From Octopus vulgaris (Eukaryota), in the NCBI GenBank assembly GCA_951406725.2, contig OX597816.1:60698001-60762000 (forward strand): a stretch of DNA of 64,000 nucleotides. The letters run 5' to 3'. Below, one piece after another: positions 26,191-38,613 of this stretch. Both the position numbers and the translations under genes were made by a program. Numbering within the stretch: position 1 is the stretch's first letter; each line of letters begins with the position of its first letter. The notes under the pieces were generated by a model. It made no database searches. It saw only the letters and a program-made list of their open reading frames with translations, and had not been told where the DNA came from.

Positions 26191-26374
26191 TTGCCTTTCT
26201 GAGCATAGAAGAAATCAATATATTATTAAATTTCTGTAATAGCTCCCAGAACAACATAGATATACAAACATTATGGCACAATAACATAATACATTAACAA
26301 ACTTATGAATGTAATTTGCTAGATGGTAACTATAAAAGCCTATCTTCTGCCCGCCTGTCTACCTATCTATCTAC

Positions 26375-26406
<32 letters not shown>

Positions 26407-27051
26407 TATCTAGATTATATACAGAATTGTATAGCTATCAAAAACAATGGATGAAACTTGATAAGTTCCTTACTGAAAGACTTTGTACTTAGAATTTAAT
26501 GACAAAATTTTTATCAATAACTTGTAAGTGTGATAGTGCAAGCTACCTGTCAAAAACAATGGGCCATAAAAATGATGGTTTATAACATCTTTTTTTTTTT
26601 TTTTAACTGATTCACTGAATGGTTTTATGGATTGTGAAAATTTAATTAAAAATTATGATACCATGTTTACAAAAATATAACAGTGTTATTTATAAAACAT
26701 TGAAAGATTTACATGTAATTATTATTGTACTGTTTATGTGGATTGTGCTAAAAGGAAAAATTTATGGGCTAAAAATTTCAATAACACCTGAATTTAAACT
26801 TGTAATTGTCTCCCTAACATGTTGAAACAGACTGACATTTAGTTTTACAGTAGACATACAAATAAATTTGCATATAGATTTAAAAATAAAATAACATGTA
26901 GATTATCAATAAATTTACAACACTTACAAATATTACAGTTAAATAATAAATGCTTAATGATTTGGTGAATTTTATTAAGTTTGCAGAGCTTCTTGATAAA
27001 CAAATGATTAGGATTGCTGACACTTGAGCATCCCACATAAAGCTCATTTTG

Positions 27052-27355
27052 TGGAGGCACAATGGCCCAGTGGTTAGGGCAGCGGAGTCGCAGTCAGAGG
27101 ATCGCGGTTTCAATTCCCAGATTGGGTGTTATGTGTGTTTATTGAGCAAAAACACCTAAAAGCTCCACGAGGCTACGGCAGGGGGTGGTGGCGACCCCTG
27201 TTGTATTCTTTCACAGCAACTTTCTCTCACTCTCTCTTCCTGTTTCTTGAGTAACGCTGTGGTGGACTGGCGTCCCGTCCAGCTGGGGGGAACACATATG
27301 CCACAGAAACCTGGAAACCGGGCCCATGAGCTTGGCTAGGCTTGAAAAGGGCGCA
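27052..27355 (+). mobile_element. tRNA-derived SINE (second family, plus-strand copy)
   Basis: Homologous to 23376-23678. Confidence 0.8.
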
Positions 27356-28330
27356 AAACAAAAAATGACTCATTTACCCCATTTTAGACATTTTTTTTTT
27401 AAATTTGGAAATTATCAAATTAGATGTTAGTGTAAGAAAAAATTGATTTGGAATCCAGCAGAAAAAACAAAAACACTAAAAATTATCCAGATATTTTATT
27501 AGCAACCTCACTTACAATTGGGTTAAAACTAAGTAAAAAAATTCTTGAAAAAAAAAAGTATCTCTCGTTTGACAGGTTCTAAACTCTCTCAACTAACAAC
27601 TATGCTGACCGAGTTTATTCCTAAAGGTGATGCAAGAGTACAAAATGATGATGCAATACCTGTCATCTGATTATGTTTCCAAACTTTCTCAACTTCAACA
27701 AAAACTGTGCTGACTTATTTTATTCCTAAAGATGATGCAACAGTATAAAATCATGATACAATACTTGCAACTTAATGATTTCAAACAGAAGTGGTGGGGG
27801 AAAATAACGAGAAATCAGAAATTACTCTCTTTTCCCTGGTTGCTAATTTTGCCAACCCCATAGGCACAGGAGTGGCTGTGTGGTAAGTACCTTGCTTACC
27901 AACCACTTGGTTCCAGGTTCAGTCCCACTGCGTAGCACCATGGGCAAGTGTCTTCTACTATAGCCTCGGGCGAACCAAAGCCTTGTGAATGGATTTGGTA
28001 GACGGAAACTGAAAAGAAGCCCGTCATAGATATATATATATATCTATGTTTGTCCCCCCAACATCGCTTGACAACCGATGCTGGTGTGTTTACGTCCCGT
28101 AACTTAGTGGTTCGGCAAAAAGAGACTGATAGAATAAGTACTAGGCTTACAAAGAATAAGTCCAGGGTCGATTTGCTCGACTAAAAGGCGGTGCTCCAGC
28201 ATGAGCGCAGTCAAATGACTGAAACAAGTAAAAGGGTAAAAGAGTATACCATAATAAAAAACGTGTAAACCTATGATTTAACTTTATTCAATATATATAT
28301 ATATATATATATAAAATTATGTGTGTGTGA

Positions 28331-28650
28331 AGGCGCATGGCTCAGTGGTTAGAGCGTAGAGCTTACGATCGTGAGGTTGTGAGTTCGATTCCCAGACCGG
28401 GCTGTGAGTTGTGTTCTTGAGTAAGACACTTTATTTCACGTTACTCCAGTTCACTCAGCTGTTGAAATGAGTTGCGACATCACTGGTGCCAAGCTGCGTC
28501 AGCCCCTTGGATAACATCAGTGGTGTGGAGAGGGGAGGCCGGTATTCATGGGCGACTGCTAGCCTTCCACAAACAATCTTGCCCGGACTTGTGCCTCGGA
28601 GGGTAACTTTCTAGGTGCAATCCCATGGTCACTCATGACCGAAGGGGGTC
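28331..28650 (+). mobile_element. tRNA-derived SINE (third family)
   Basis: TGGCTCAGTGG A box and GAGTTCGATTCC B box. Second copy at ~56535-56840. Confidence 0.8.
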
Positions 28651-29335
28651 TCCTCCTCCTCTATATATATATATATATATATTGTATAATACTCATTTCT
28701 AAGGCATAAATCCTCACATTTAGTGGGAGAGTTGGCAAGCGATTATATTGGTCTCAATTACTCCGCTGAATTCGGCTGAAATTGAACTAAAAATATAAGG
28801 ACACGTCACTAAATACTACAAACTATTGACTTAGTCGCTCTGATAAGCCATGAAGGATCATGGGCGTGGAACGAAACAGGTCAACGGGGGAGCTTGTACT
28901 AGGTTGTTCAACTTACTAAAAATAGCAGCCAAGTTTCCTTCAAATTATACCTAATGTCTTAACGTTGTGAGAGAATTTAGGTTTAGATATACAAAAAGAC
29001 GAGATGGCCAGTAATAAAAAAACAGATCCCTAAATAAAAATAAAAAAACAGATCCTAAGTCTACTCGATCAGAGCTGAACAAGAGGTAAACAGCAGTTGA
29101 TCAAAATATGATAGTTTCTATAGTTACTGGTTTACGTCAATATCTAAAGTTTTAGAAACCAAATACAAATAGAAAATATTACATTACTACAAAGTTGCTA
29201 ACAACAAAGTACTTCTGTGACCTTTTCCGAACTGTTTATCTTTTTATCGATCATAGGTTACGATAAGAAAGAAACAAAAACGAATCATGACAACACAAGT
29301 TGTTGCATGTTTCCAAGTCGTGTAAACCGAGTCAG

Positions 29336-29390
29336 CCAATCGTCGGTTGGCTGCGCAACTTTATCAATGACGTCATCCGCTGCTATATAA
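29336..29390 (+). promoter_or_regulatory. Pol II promoter: CCAAT, full CRE and TATA box
   Basis: CCAAT at 29336-40, TGACGTCA at 29368-75 and TATATAA at 29384-90, in canonical order at the start of a CpG-rich island in AT-rich DNA. Confidence 0.75.
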
Positions 29391-29413
29391 GGCCGTTGCG
29401 CGATCGGTTCTTC

Positions 29414-29764
29414 GGAGCTCAGCAGCACAGTCTAACTGGTGCGCATTGCAGGGAACCCCCGTCTTCGGCGGTTAAGCCATCGTCCTGTCTTCGTAATGAC
29501 TGACTGGAAGAGGGTTTTGTCTATGACGAAAGTTTTCCCCCACTAACTACGCTTACTTCGTATCTCCCTTGGTGTTCTGACCTTGGGTCCAGTTCCCGGC
29601 CCCCACCGAATCTCAGCGACCCCGCTATCACTGTTCGCAGTGCTCTGGAGATGATTCGGAATCCTGGGGGCCCTTCAGTCCGAAACATGATTGAGCTGTA
29701 TCATTGTATCAATTGGTTCAACATATTTCTGGCAGAAGTGGCCCTTCTGGAAATGTCTTCACGG
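29414..29764 (+). other. Putative first exon, highly structured, product unknown
   Basis: Starts ~30 nt after the TATA box (inferred). Ends at the donor CGG|GTGAGT (GT 29765-66). A candidate 73-nt intron has TTCTAAT as branch site and ends TTCCTTGTTTCTTTCAG at 29837. Many nested hairpins. Confidence 0.6.
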
Positions 29765-30664
29765 GTGAGTGATTTTCTCTTTGGGTTACAATATTCTTTT
29801 TGTTTTATTCGGTTTTCTAATTCCTTGTTTCTTTCAGATAAAATAGATAATTGTTAGTATTTATGTCGTTTTACGTAGAAATAGATTCGTCTCCTGCTTT
29901 TGGATATGTATACGTAATGTATTCTAATTATTCTTTTTCTTGGGGTATTTTAATTGCCAAAGTCTCTAGGAAATTTTCTCGTCTAAAATAGAATACCGTA
30001 AATCCTCGAGTATAACCCGCATTTTTTCCCCAAAATTTAAAGATCAAAATCCCTTGTGCGTACTATATACGAGGTTTAAAATGAAAAATATTGGCGAAGT
30101 TTCGTTTGTCGTAACGACAAGCGAAACATCGCCGCCCTTTGTAAATCTTTCTATGTAGGAGATTCTCTTCTTGTACTTAATTTTACTTTATTAATGGTAC
30201 TGTTACGTTCGTTGTTGAAAAGTTGGTCTTTTTTTGTTTCCCTTCTGCTCATCTCCAAACAATAACCACTGTTAACCCACCAAGGTTCTTGACAATTTCA
30301 AAAACTTTAGATTTCTCCGTTTTTCTTTTCTGCTGGAATATTACGATATTGCGTATGATAGATGTCGGCTATTTTAGCCTAAACTTATTTATACACCATC
30401 CGAAAGATGGGCGTGGCAAGATGACGTCGGAGGCCGGCTTGTAGGTGACAGTGTTAAGAGTCGTGATTTTGTCTAATTGACGCGCTTAGACAGTAATTTA
30501 TATCCGTCTATTGATTGTTGTGAGTAAAGTTGCCTTTGACGTCCATCATGAAGATCGTACTATATGTTGAGAGGAATTAAAAATAGATCTTTCAATTTGT
30601 GATTTCTTTAACGCCTCTTAAGGAAATCATAAACATTCATCTCTCTCTCATTCATTCACTCACT

Positions 30665-30702
<38 letters not shown>

Positions 30703-31378
30703 CTCTCACACACACACACTTGAAGCCATTAGCATATAAATGGTAGATTCTATTATTGAGCTGTCTTGTCTTATAAAAAAATCCCACATACTCATGAAAA
30801 TATATTTAATTTTTATCGAGAAAAAAATCTCAGTGAACAATAATAATCTAACTTGGAAATCGGAGTGTTTAATGATTTTTTTTTTAAGTTATGTCATTCC
30901 TTTATTTTTTCGTTATTAAAAATCTAGCATTACGTCATAGTTTCTAATAACAGTGCGTTGGTACTTGGGACAGCGATCAAGGTTCGAACCCGACATTAAC
31001 AAGGAGCTATACGGTGGTGAGCCTAGTCTCTAGTGTTTGAAAACTTTCGCATAGTCTTTTTCCTTCTCCCAGTCGTCATTATGGAAACGCCTATCAAGAC
31101 ATGGTAACCCTTGGCCAGTACGAACCCACGACCAATTATTGCTGTATTTATTGGTTCAATAAAATGATTGATGCACTAAATATTGTGTTTGTCTCAATAT
31201 TTTTTTTTTTCTTGTTGCTCAATTTATCTTTGCTTAATCTATCTTAATTTTTAATAAGTTACTGAGGTGCTATTTCAGAACAACCAAGCGAGATATCGTT
31301 TGAATAGTAACCTTTACTAAGTCATAAATGTATGACGCAATTCTGTTGACACACTTTGGTGTATCTATATAGAGTGTT

Positions 31379-32162
31379 GGACAAAAGCCCCACGGTTATA
31401 GTTTTCGTTTTGTTTTTTTTTTAAACCTTTGTTTCAGTCATTCGACCGCGGCCATGCTGGAGCATCACCTTGAAGACTTTTTAATCGAATGTATCGACGC
31501 TAGGATTTTAAATTTTTACTTGTTGCAGTTATTAGACTGCGGCCATGCTGGGGCGCCACTCTGAATAATTTTTAGTCGAATGTAACGACCACAGAATTTT
31601 TTTTTATGAGTTTCAGCCAGCGCATGAAGTTAAGCTTAGAAGGTATCTCCATATGCTAGAAATAACAGCCTAATCTCTTGAATATTTTTTTATAACCTCG
31701 TCGGGTTTTTATTATTTTCTAAAAATCTTTTTACTTGTTTCAGTCATTGGACTGCGGCCATGCTGGGGCACCAGCCTGAATTTTTGGTCGCAGAAAGATC
31801 AGCATTTTAATATATACATTTAAAGTCTTTACCTTCTAGGTTTAAATTTATGAGCTGGTTGAAAATTACCTAAAAAAGAATCTAAAAAAATTCGACTAAA
31901 AATTCTTCAAGGCATGTCCAAGAATGGCCGCAGACTAAAACAAGTAAAAAGGAGGAAAAAATGAATAATATCACAAGTGGCTTTCATCAAGTTTTTTAAA
32001 AAATTCTGGGTTCCATACAGACATCTAAAAAATTTTCAACATGGTGCCCTAGCATGGCCGGACGCTATCTAATAACTACAACAAGTAAAAAAAAAAATCT
32101 AGGGTCGATACATTCAACTAAAAATTCTAAAAACGAAAAAGATAACCGTGGGGCTTTTGTCC
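31379..32162. repeat. ~780-bp imperfect foldback built from SINE 3'-tail units
   Basis: Terminal inverted repeats GGACAAAAGCCCCACGGTTAT / ATAACCGTGGGGCTTTTGTCC. Three GCGGCCATGCTGG units on the left and two inverted ones on the right. Confidence 0.7.
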
Positions 32163-32890
32163 GGATCCCATCTATATAAGTATGCCCACCCCACCGACTC
32201 TTGTTTCCCTATAACTTTCAGAAAGATATTTTTTTAATTAAATTTTTCTACAAATATTTTGGATGCTGGAGACATTGGAATTTAATACTGAAAAAAGTGG
32301 GGCGTGCGCAAATATTTAACACACCACATTTTTGTTTTTTGGGGGTTTTTTTTTTTCAAAATCTCAAATTTTATTTTGCAGATATATATATGTAATGTAT
32401 GTCACTACATATGTGTGGGCACGCTCATTTCTTTCTCTCTTTTTTTTTTTTTTTTTTTTTTTTGGCCTACATTAAATTCTGATATAGTCATAATCCCCAC
32501 CTGATGAAAAATATTTGTAGAAAATTTCATTTAAAAAAAAAATACCCTTTTTCTTCTTTCTTCTTTCTGAAATTTCTGCGGAAAGTCGAGGGTGTGGCGC
32601 ATTTGTGTAGGTATGCCGCCGTAATTATATTTAGACACCTTATACTCGGGTGTCGGTAACAGACAGGTCATGACCCATTAGTGGGCCACTGAGTATATTC
32701 TGGACTTCGGACCATTTCTAAGAAATCTCCAGTTTTAATATTTTTGCAGGCTATTGTGTGGTTGATGATTTTAAAGATGAAATTTCATGTCGTCGTTTAA
32801 TTTTTGCTTACATAAGCATTGTAGCAAAGCAAACAGAGGAATATCCCGAGATTTTTTTTTTTTTTTTTTTCATATACGGTAGTATATTTC

Positions 32891-32962
32891 TCCTCGGTAG
32901 TATAGTGGTAAGTATCCCCGCCTGTCACGCGGGAGACCGGGGTTCGATTCCCCGCCGGGGAG
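32891..32962 (+). tRNA. tRNA-Asp-GTC: tRNA-Asp (anticodon GTC)
   Basis: TCCTCGG/CCGGGGA acceptor stem, CCCGC-CTGTCAC-GCGGG anticodon arm, GGTTCGATTCC T arm, discriminator G and TTTT terminator at 32970-73. Near-identical to the canonical metazoan tRNA-Asp. Confidence 0.97.
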
Positions 32963-33688
32963 GCTCATATTTTATAGGCGCAGGAGTGGTTGTGTGGTAA
33001 GTAGATTGCTAACCAACCACATGGTTCCGGGTTCAGTCCCACTGCGTGGCATCTTGGGCAAGTGTCTTCTACTATAGCCTCGGGTTGACCAAAGCCTTGT
33101 GAGTGGATTTGGTAGACGGAAACTGAAAGAAGCCTGTCGTATATATGTATATATATATATGTATGTGTGTGTGTCTGTGTTTGTTCCCCTAGCATTGCTT
33201 GACAACCGATGCTGGTGTGTTTACGTCCCCGTTACTTAGCGGTTCGGCATAAGAGACCGATATAATAAGTACTGGGCTTACAAAAAGAATAAGTCCCGGG
33301 GTCGAGTTGCTCGACTAAAGGCGGTGCTCCAGCATGGCCGCAGTCAAATGACTGAAACAAGTAAATGAGATACGTAAGATGTGAACCATGACAAATATAA
33401 AGAAGACAAACCGATAAGCAGGCGATTACAAAAGGTTGCTGATTCGATTCCTAGCTTTATAGCATTAATTCTTTCACAAAAATAAAACCAGAAACAATGT
33501 AACAACTTTCACAAAGAAAATATTTTAACGGTCTCAGTTGAAGTTACTTGCCATACAATTACACTTTTGAACTTTTTTTCTTTTTTAAGAAAATAGTATA
33601 TGCTCGGGTGTTTTGAATCTACCGTACAACAGGGAGTTCCACAGCGTCGTTTATTACCCTGCTTTACAGAGGCCCGTGTACTCTCCAC

Positions 33689-34040
33689 TTATTGATTGTT
33701 AATACAATATTTCGATTTAACAAACCCAATGCTGTGGTTCACCGTTCTATGCTCAAAATTGTAACCATCAATTTCAGGAATGTGTGCGTACACTCTCCAC
33801 AAATCGCTGAAAATTGCGGTTCCTAGAAGAATCGAGTGACGTATGCATTCTTCCAGTATGTCACGATTCCGATATGACACCGTATAAAGAAAAACCTGTC
33901 TGGTCTCGTGACACACTCCTCCACTGCTCAGGTAGGACTCTTCCTCTGTTGTACTTACATCTTGAAAAGACTGATTCATCGATCTCGCCAATCTTCCCAG
34001 GGCCACCAACTTTAATTGGATGACGGAGCAGGTCTAAATT
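33689..34040 (-). pseudogene. Merlin (IS1016/IS1595-like) transposase fragment
   Basis: Two frames give GGPGKIGEIDESVFSRCKYNRGR and GTAIFSDLWRVY...HRTVNHS, typical DDE_Tnp_IS1595/Merlin motifs; frameshifted. Confidence 0.85.
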
Positions 34041-35511
34041 ACCCAAAATTGCCAAACTTTATTTTAATAGCTAATAACTTTATTGATTTATGGCGAAAGT
34101 GATTTTCATTGCATTGATTAGCCTATAAAAATTATCATTGCAATGAATATGAAATCAATTCGAACAGAAATTGACCTTGGCAGCCAAACAGAAAAAATTC
34201 AATACTGCAGTCAGTCTGTTCGACTAAGCAAAGAAAAATATAGTTATCCTGCTTGGCAACTAGACGAAGCATTGAATAGTTAGTTATCTTCCTTTAATCC
34301 CGAGCTAACGGAGTTTTTACGTGACAACTCGAGCTACGACAAATTAAAACCGGATTCCCTTAAATCACAACTTGTCGTAAGAGCAAAAAATATCAAAGCC
34401 AATATAGTCCTTGGTATATCAAAGAGGCTGCAACTATTTCGTTCATAGATTTTATCAATCAGATGAAAATAACTCGCACTGTATTCATATCCAAGTGACG
34501 TATTTGCTCAACATGGCAGAAATAGCAGCCAAATATCTCTTAATCCAAGCTTTATTGTTTTAAATAAGGAATAGGCATTTTTTATAATGTATTTTCTAGC
34601 TATTCCTCATAATATCGAGACGATCACGGTTGGAATGTTATTGATCATAAGCCTACTCATTAAGTGCTGTGTTGAAAATGGATTTTGTGGAGATGAGATC
34701 AGAGTTTAATATGTATGAATCGAGAGGCATATGGTAGGTTGACAGAATTGGTGGAGCATGTCAGGCAGTATTTAGCTGCGAACCTTTAGGTTTAGAATTG
34801 CAATCGATAAAATAAGGTACAAGCATTTCGAACCCACTGCCAAGCACACTCTACACTGTGTTTAAGGCAGAATTTAATTTCATTAGGTGAAACAGATAAA
34901 TGTTTAAAAGCGCAATATTCATTTAGCAAATTGAAGGATATACGGGAAAAGAAAATTTTCTAAACTTTTACATCAACAAACTTTAGCATCAAATTACTTT
35001 CACATTTGTTCCGTCTAATTAATTTTTTATTTGGGGGCAATTATACAACAGTTCATATGAGAGAAACAAGAAATGCACCACTCCAAACCAACACTAATTC
35101 CTATTCTGCACTTGAGCATAGTGTTGTTATAGAGGGAAATAGATGTGATAGGGGTCGAAACTGGCCTATAGATACGATAGGGGTCGAAACTGACTTGCTC
35201 TACAATTTTTCCTATTTAACATCTAAAATATTGTTTGTGTTGATATACGCACGCAGCTGTCGCAACAGGATATTTCTTTCATCAGCTATGGACTGGACAT
35301 CACAACTGTTTTGGAATCTTCCGACAATACAACATCCCCCAGCGAGGCCAACCAGCATTTATGCTAAAAGGAATCAAGGAGCCTGTTTTCTGTTTTTTTA
35401 ATGTACATAAAACACGATACTTTCTTTCGGTATCTCTATTATCTATGAAGTCACCTAGCAAAACCATGAGTAGTTCTAAACACATTAACATAACGTCTAT
35501 CGCGGTACTGT

Positions 35512-35732
35512 TTAAGAAGAGTGGTCCCGGTGCGCGCACTCGCGGATCAGCACTAGCTAGTCGTGACTATTCGATCCTTACTTTGTGTTTTATTTACTTT
35601 GTTAAAAAAATGATTTACTTTCTGTAAAAAAAATAATTTATTTTGTGTTTTATTTACTTTGCTTGGTAGTCGTAGGATCGACTAGTCACGACTAGCCTGC
35701 GCGAGTGCGTGCACCGGGACCACGCTTCTTAA
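35512..35732. mobile_element. MITE with TTAA flanks and long TIRs (Kolobok-like)
   Basis: TTAA-GAAGAGTGGTCCCGGTGCGCGCACTCGCG ... CGCGAGTGCGTGCACCGGGACCACGCTTC-TTAA. The 5'-RR terminus fits Kolobok rather than piggyBac (inference). Confidence 0.7.
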
Positions 35733-36778
35733 ATATTACCTCCGTCGCTTTAAAACTGGCTAAAGTCGTTTTCTTTTCACATATCTATGCCTTATCCGTG
35801 TTGAGACAGATGCGATACACACACACACACACCGCTGATTTCCAGTGTCCTTAGTTCCAAAGGATGAACTGTTTTGCTGGACCATACGTAGTCACGTAAT
35901 AATAATTCAAAAACACGCCTCTAACCAACTAATCATATATTTAATGCCAAAGATATAAAACAATCAATGAATCAATTGGTAAAATGATTAACAAATTGTC
36001 TAACTATACTGTGTGTGTTTATTATTTGCATATTGATCTCAAGAGATACACCAGAAAAATAGTTAAATCTTTTCGTAGCCTCCATCTTGAAAATAAAGGA
36101 TCCACTGACTTTGATAGGCCTTTCAAGGCTGTTTGTAAAATACCTTCCATCAGACACTGGCAGTATCTACATTCAAGCAATGCCATAAAGTTTCTGAACA
36201 GCCCTACAAGAACATAAAAAGCGTTTCCTACGTGGTAGAATATAGTCATTAGAGATTAACAAGGGTTGCCTCCCTTAGACCAAATTAGTTTTCGTTTGGA
36301 ATTTTTTTTTTTTTTCAGTTTTTCGTAGATTAAGATTTTCTTGCTGTTTTTGTATTTAGTTTTATAACATTTTTTATGTGAACGAGTTAAAACAAATCTT
36401 GTATCTGTGAGCTGTTTGTTTCATCGCGCAAATAATAATAAACACGCATACTGGTTCAATTTCACTCCTTTATCGTTAATCAGTTAGTTATCTAACCTCT
36501 TAAATAATCGATCAAAGCAGACTTGGAGGAGAGAGGTCGCGCCATTGAAAGGAATTTGATAAACAACTGATCAATTGTTTAACCAACAAATAAAACAAAC
36601 GATCAATTAATTAGTTGGTTAGGTAACTAACCAGTCGGTTGAAAATAGAGGAGTGGAATCGAAATACTGTATGTGCTTGTTATACAGGCGTAAAGACCAT
36701 CCTGAGATACAAGATGGATATTTTTGTTTGACCGCTTCTGAGCTGGTGCTAAACAATAACTTGAGACTATATAAATAG

Positions 36779-37294
36779 ACTTAGCAGCATAGCCCGGCAT
36801 TTCCCGGGTATGTAAGAGCCCCTGGAGCAGACATGATGCTCGCTGTGAATTTTTTAAAAATTCCTGCCAATTTGTGAAAGATATTGTTGAAAATATGTCA
36901 TCTTGAATTTGAACGCGATTTCCCAAAATGGCATGAATTTATCGATTTTTCTGATGGTAAGGTATTGCATGGAAAACTAACATCAGAATTAAGTTTCTTA
37001 GGGTAACATTAAGCTTCACCATGAGTTTGGTGAAAATCGATTGCAAGTTGCGAAAACTACAACAGAAAATGTATTGCAAATAAAAAGCTTAGATTCTCGA
37101 CCCCATGTCGAATTTATTGATTTTTTTCAGAACTGGGGGAACTTTTCAAAATTTTCGCTGCGTTAGTTTTGAATTATGACATTGGGCTATGTGTGTGTCA
37201 AGTTTCATCAGAATCGGTTGAAAGCCGTGGTCAGAGTGACGGTACAACCTGACAGACACACAGACAGACAAACTGCCGTTTATATAGAGAGAGA
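36779..37294 (+). mobile_element. Non-autonomous Helentron/HINE-type element (different family)
   Basis: ACTTAGCAG..CCCGGCATTTCCCGGG 5' hairpin; 3' end with (GACA)n then TTTATATAGAGAGAT-like terminus. A similar 3' end lies at ~6600-6647. Confidence 0.6.
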
Positions 37295-37535
37295 TTTGCA
37301 AACCAAACACGGAGACTCCTTTTGTCGCTGGACCTGCTAGAAATAACAGTCGAATACTCGTAAATGATGTCAATGTAATCCGCTACACGCCTCCCCACGA
37401 AATAAGAGACCAAGTCCATAGATAACAGTTATACGTTTGGATCTATTTTTTTTCATTCGCAATATGTGCATTTTTTTTAAAGACAGAAGAAAATCTGAAA
37501 ATAATAAAATTTTCCAATCTATGAAGGTATGATGT

Positions 37536-38613
37536 TGTGGGGGAAAAAGTTACAGAGGTGTTGCGTAGCTGATATCCTCACTGTTTGAGAGATATATTAC
37601 AAATGAACTCGTGTTAGATAACAACCATCTTCGGCTATTTTGACCTTGTTGTGTCCACCGCTCCGATTGGTTGACATTGGCGCAGTTTGTCTCTTGACTT
37701 ATTTCGCGCCAGTGTGTACACCAACCAATCACGGCCTTCGGATAAGGTCCCATGACAGTCTTTTTGGGGTTTCACTGGAGCCCACCTCAGGTTATAAAAA
37801 GGCGCCAGCAAATCACTATTTCTCGTCTTAGGTTCCAGTCCTTCTCAGGACTAACCTCTGGCCACAGAGCGACACAGCCAGTTCAAGTTCCAGTGACAGA
37901 CGTCGCTAACATACACCAGCAACGCAGGACGTTTCCACCACCGACGCCTTTCTCTGCCGTCGCCATCACCATCATCGTCCTTCAACTTTACGCCGTCTCC
38001 ATCTCTGTTGCCTTCATCTCCAGCAACACCAATATGTACACAACAACTCGCTCAGGTTTAGCTTACACGCTGTTGTGATTTTCACCATAGTTAACAGCAC
38101 AGCACTACCTGCAAGAATTCTTGTATCAAAAGACCTGGCACAGCACTGAAGCCCCAACTACTACACGACATGTGTTCAACCGGCATTCTGCCTTGTGACT
38201 CCAAAATCCTGTTACACAACTATTACTATTGTGTAACCTTATTACGAACTGGTAAATTAACTCCATCTTGTCTAAAATACTCTGAGAGACTCTTTCCTAT
38301 GCTCTGTATTTTGTTTTGCCCGCATACACCTTGTTTGTACTTCTGTCGCAAACACGAACACACAGATACAAACACTTGTCGCATGCACACAGACACTCCA
38401 TTTTGCTAGCACCCATACTTTATCCTATTGTACACATCTGTAAATAAAGTCTTCTCTCTAAAACAGTAGAACGGTTGTCGTCCTTATTATTCTTTTTGGC
38501 ACTTATTCATTTATATCATGTATCTGGCTTCTTATTTTGTTAGGGCGACCGTGCAGCGTTAAAAAGGAGACATTTCTGTCACCAACTCCTTACGTGCGGT
38601 CGTTTTCCCTACA
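37536..38613 (+). mobile_element. Probable solo LTR (~1.08 kb)
   Basis: TGTGGGGGAAAA...TTTTCCCTACA termini (TG..CA, imperfect inverted repeat), CCAAT boxes, TATAAAAA at 37793 and AATAAA at 38443. No clear TSD. Confidence 0.6.

Noticed and set aside
29565-29585. Antizyme-like +1 frameshift site (CCT TGG TGT TCT GAC, PWCSD)
   Set aside because: It lacks the TCC-TGA stop context, no AUG-initiated ORF1 ends there and the downstream peptide has no antizyme similarity.
29627-29650. Iron-responsive element (CAGTGC)
   Set aside because: The flanks cannot form the 5-bp upper stem; CAGTG pairs with CACTG instead.
29414-29764. Telomerase RNA
   Set aside because: There is a CAB-like loop and a three-way junction, but no CCCTAA-type template, no U/A-rich pseudoknot and no correctly placed H box.
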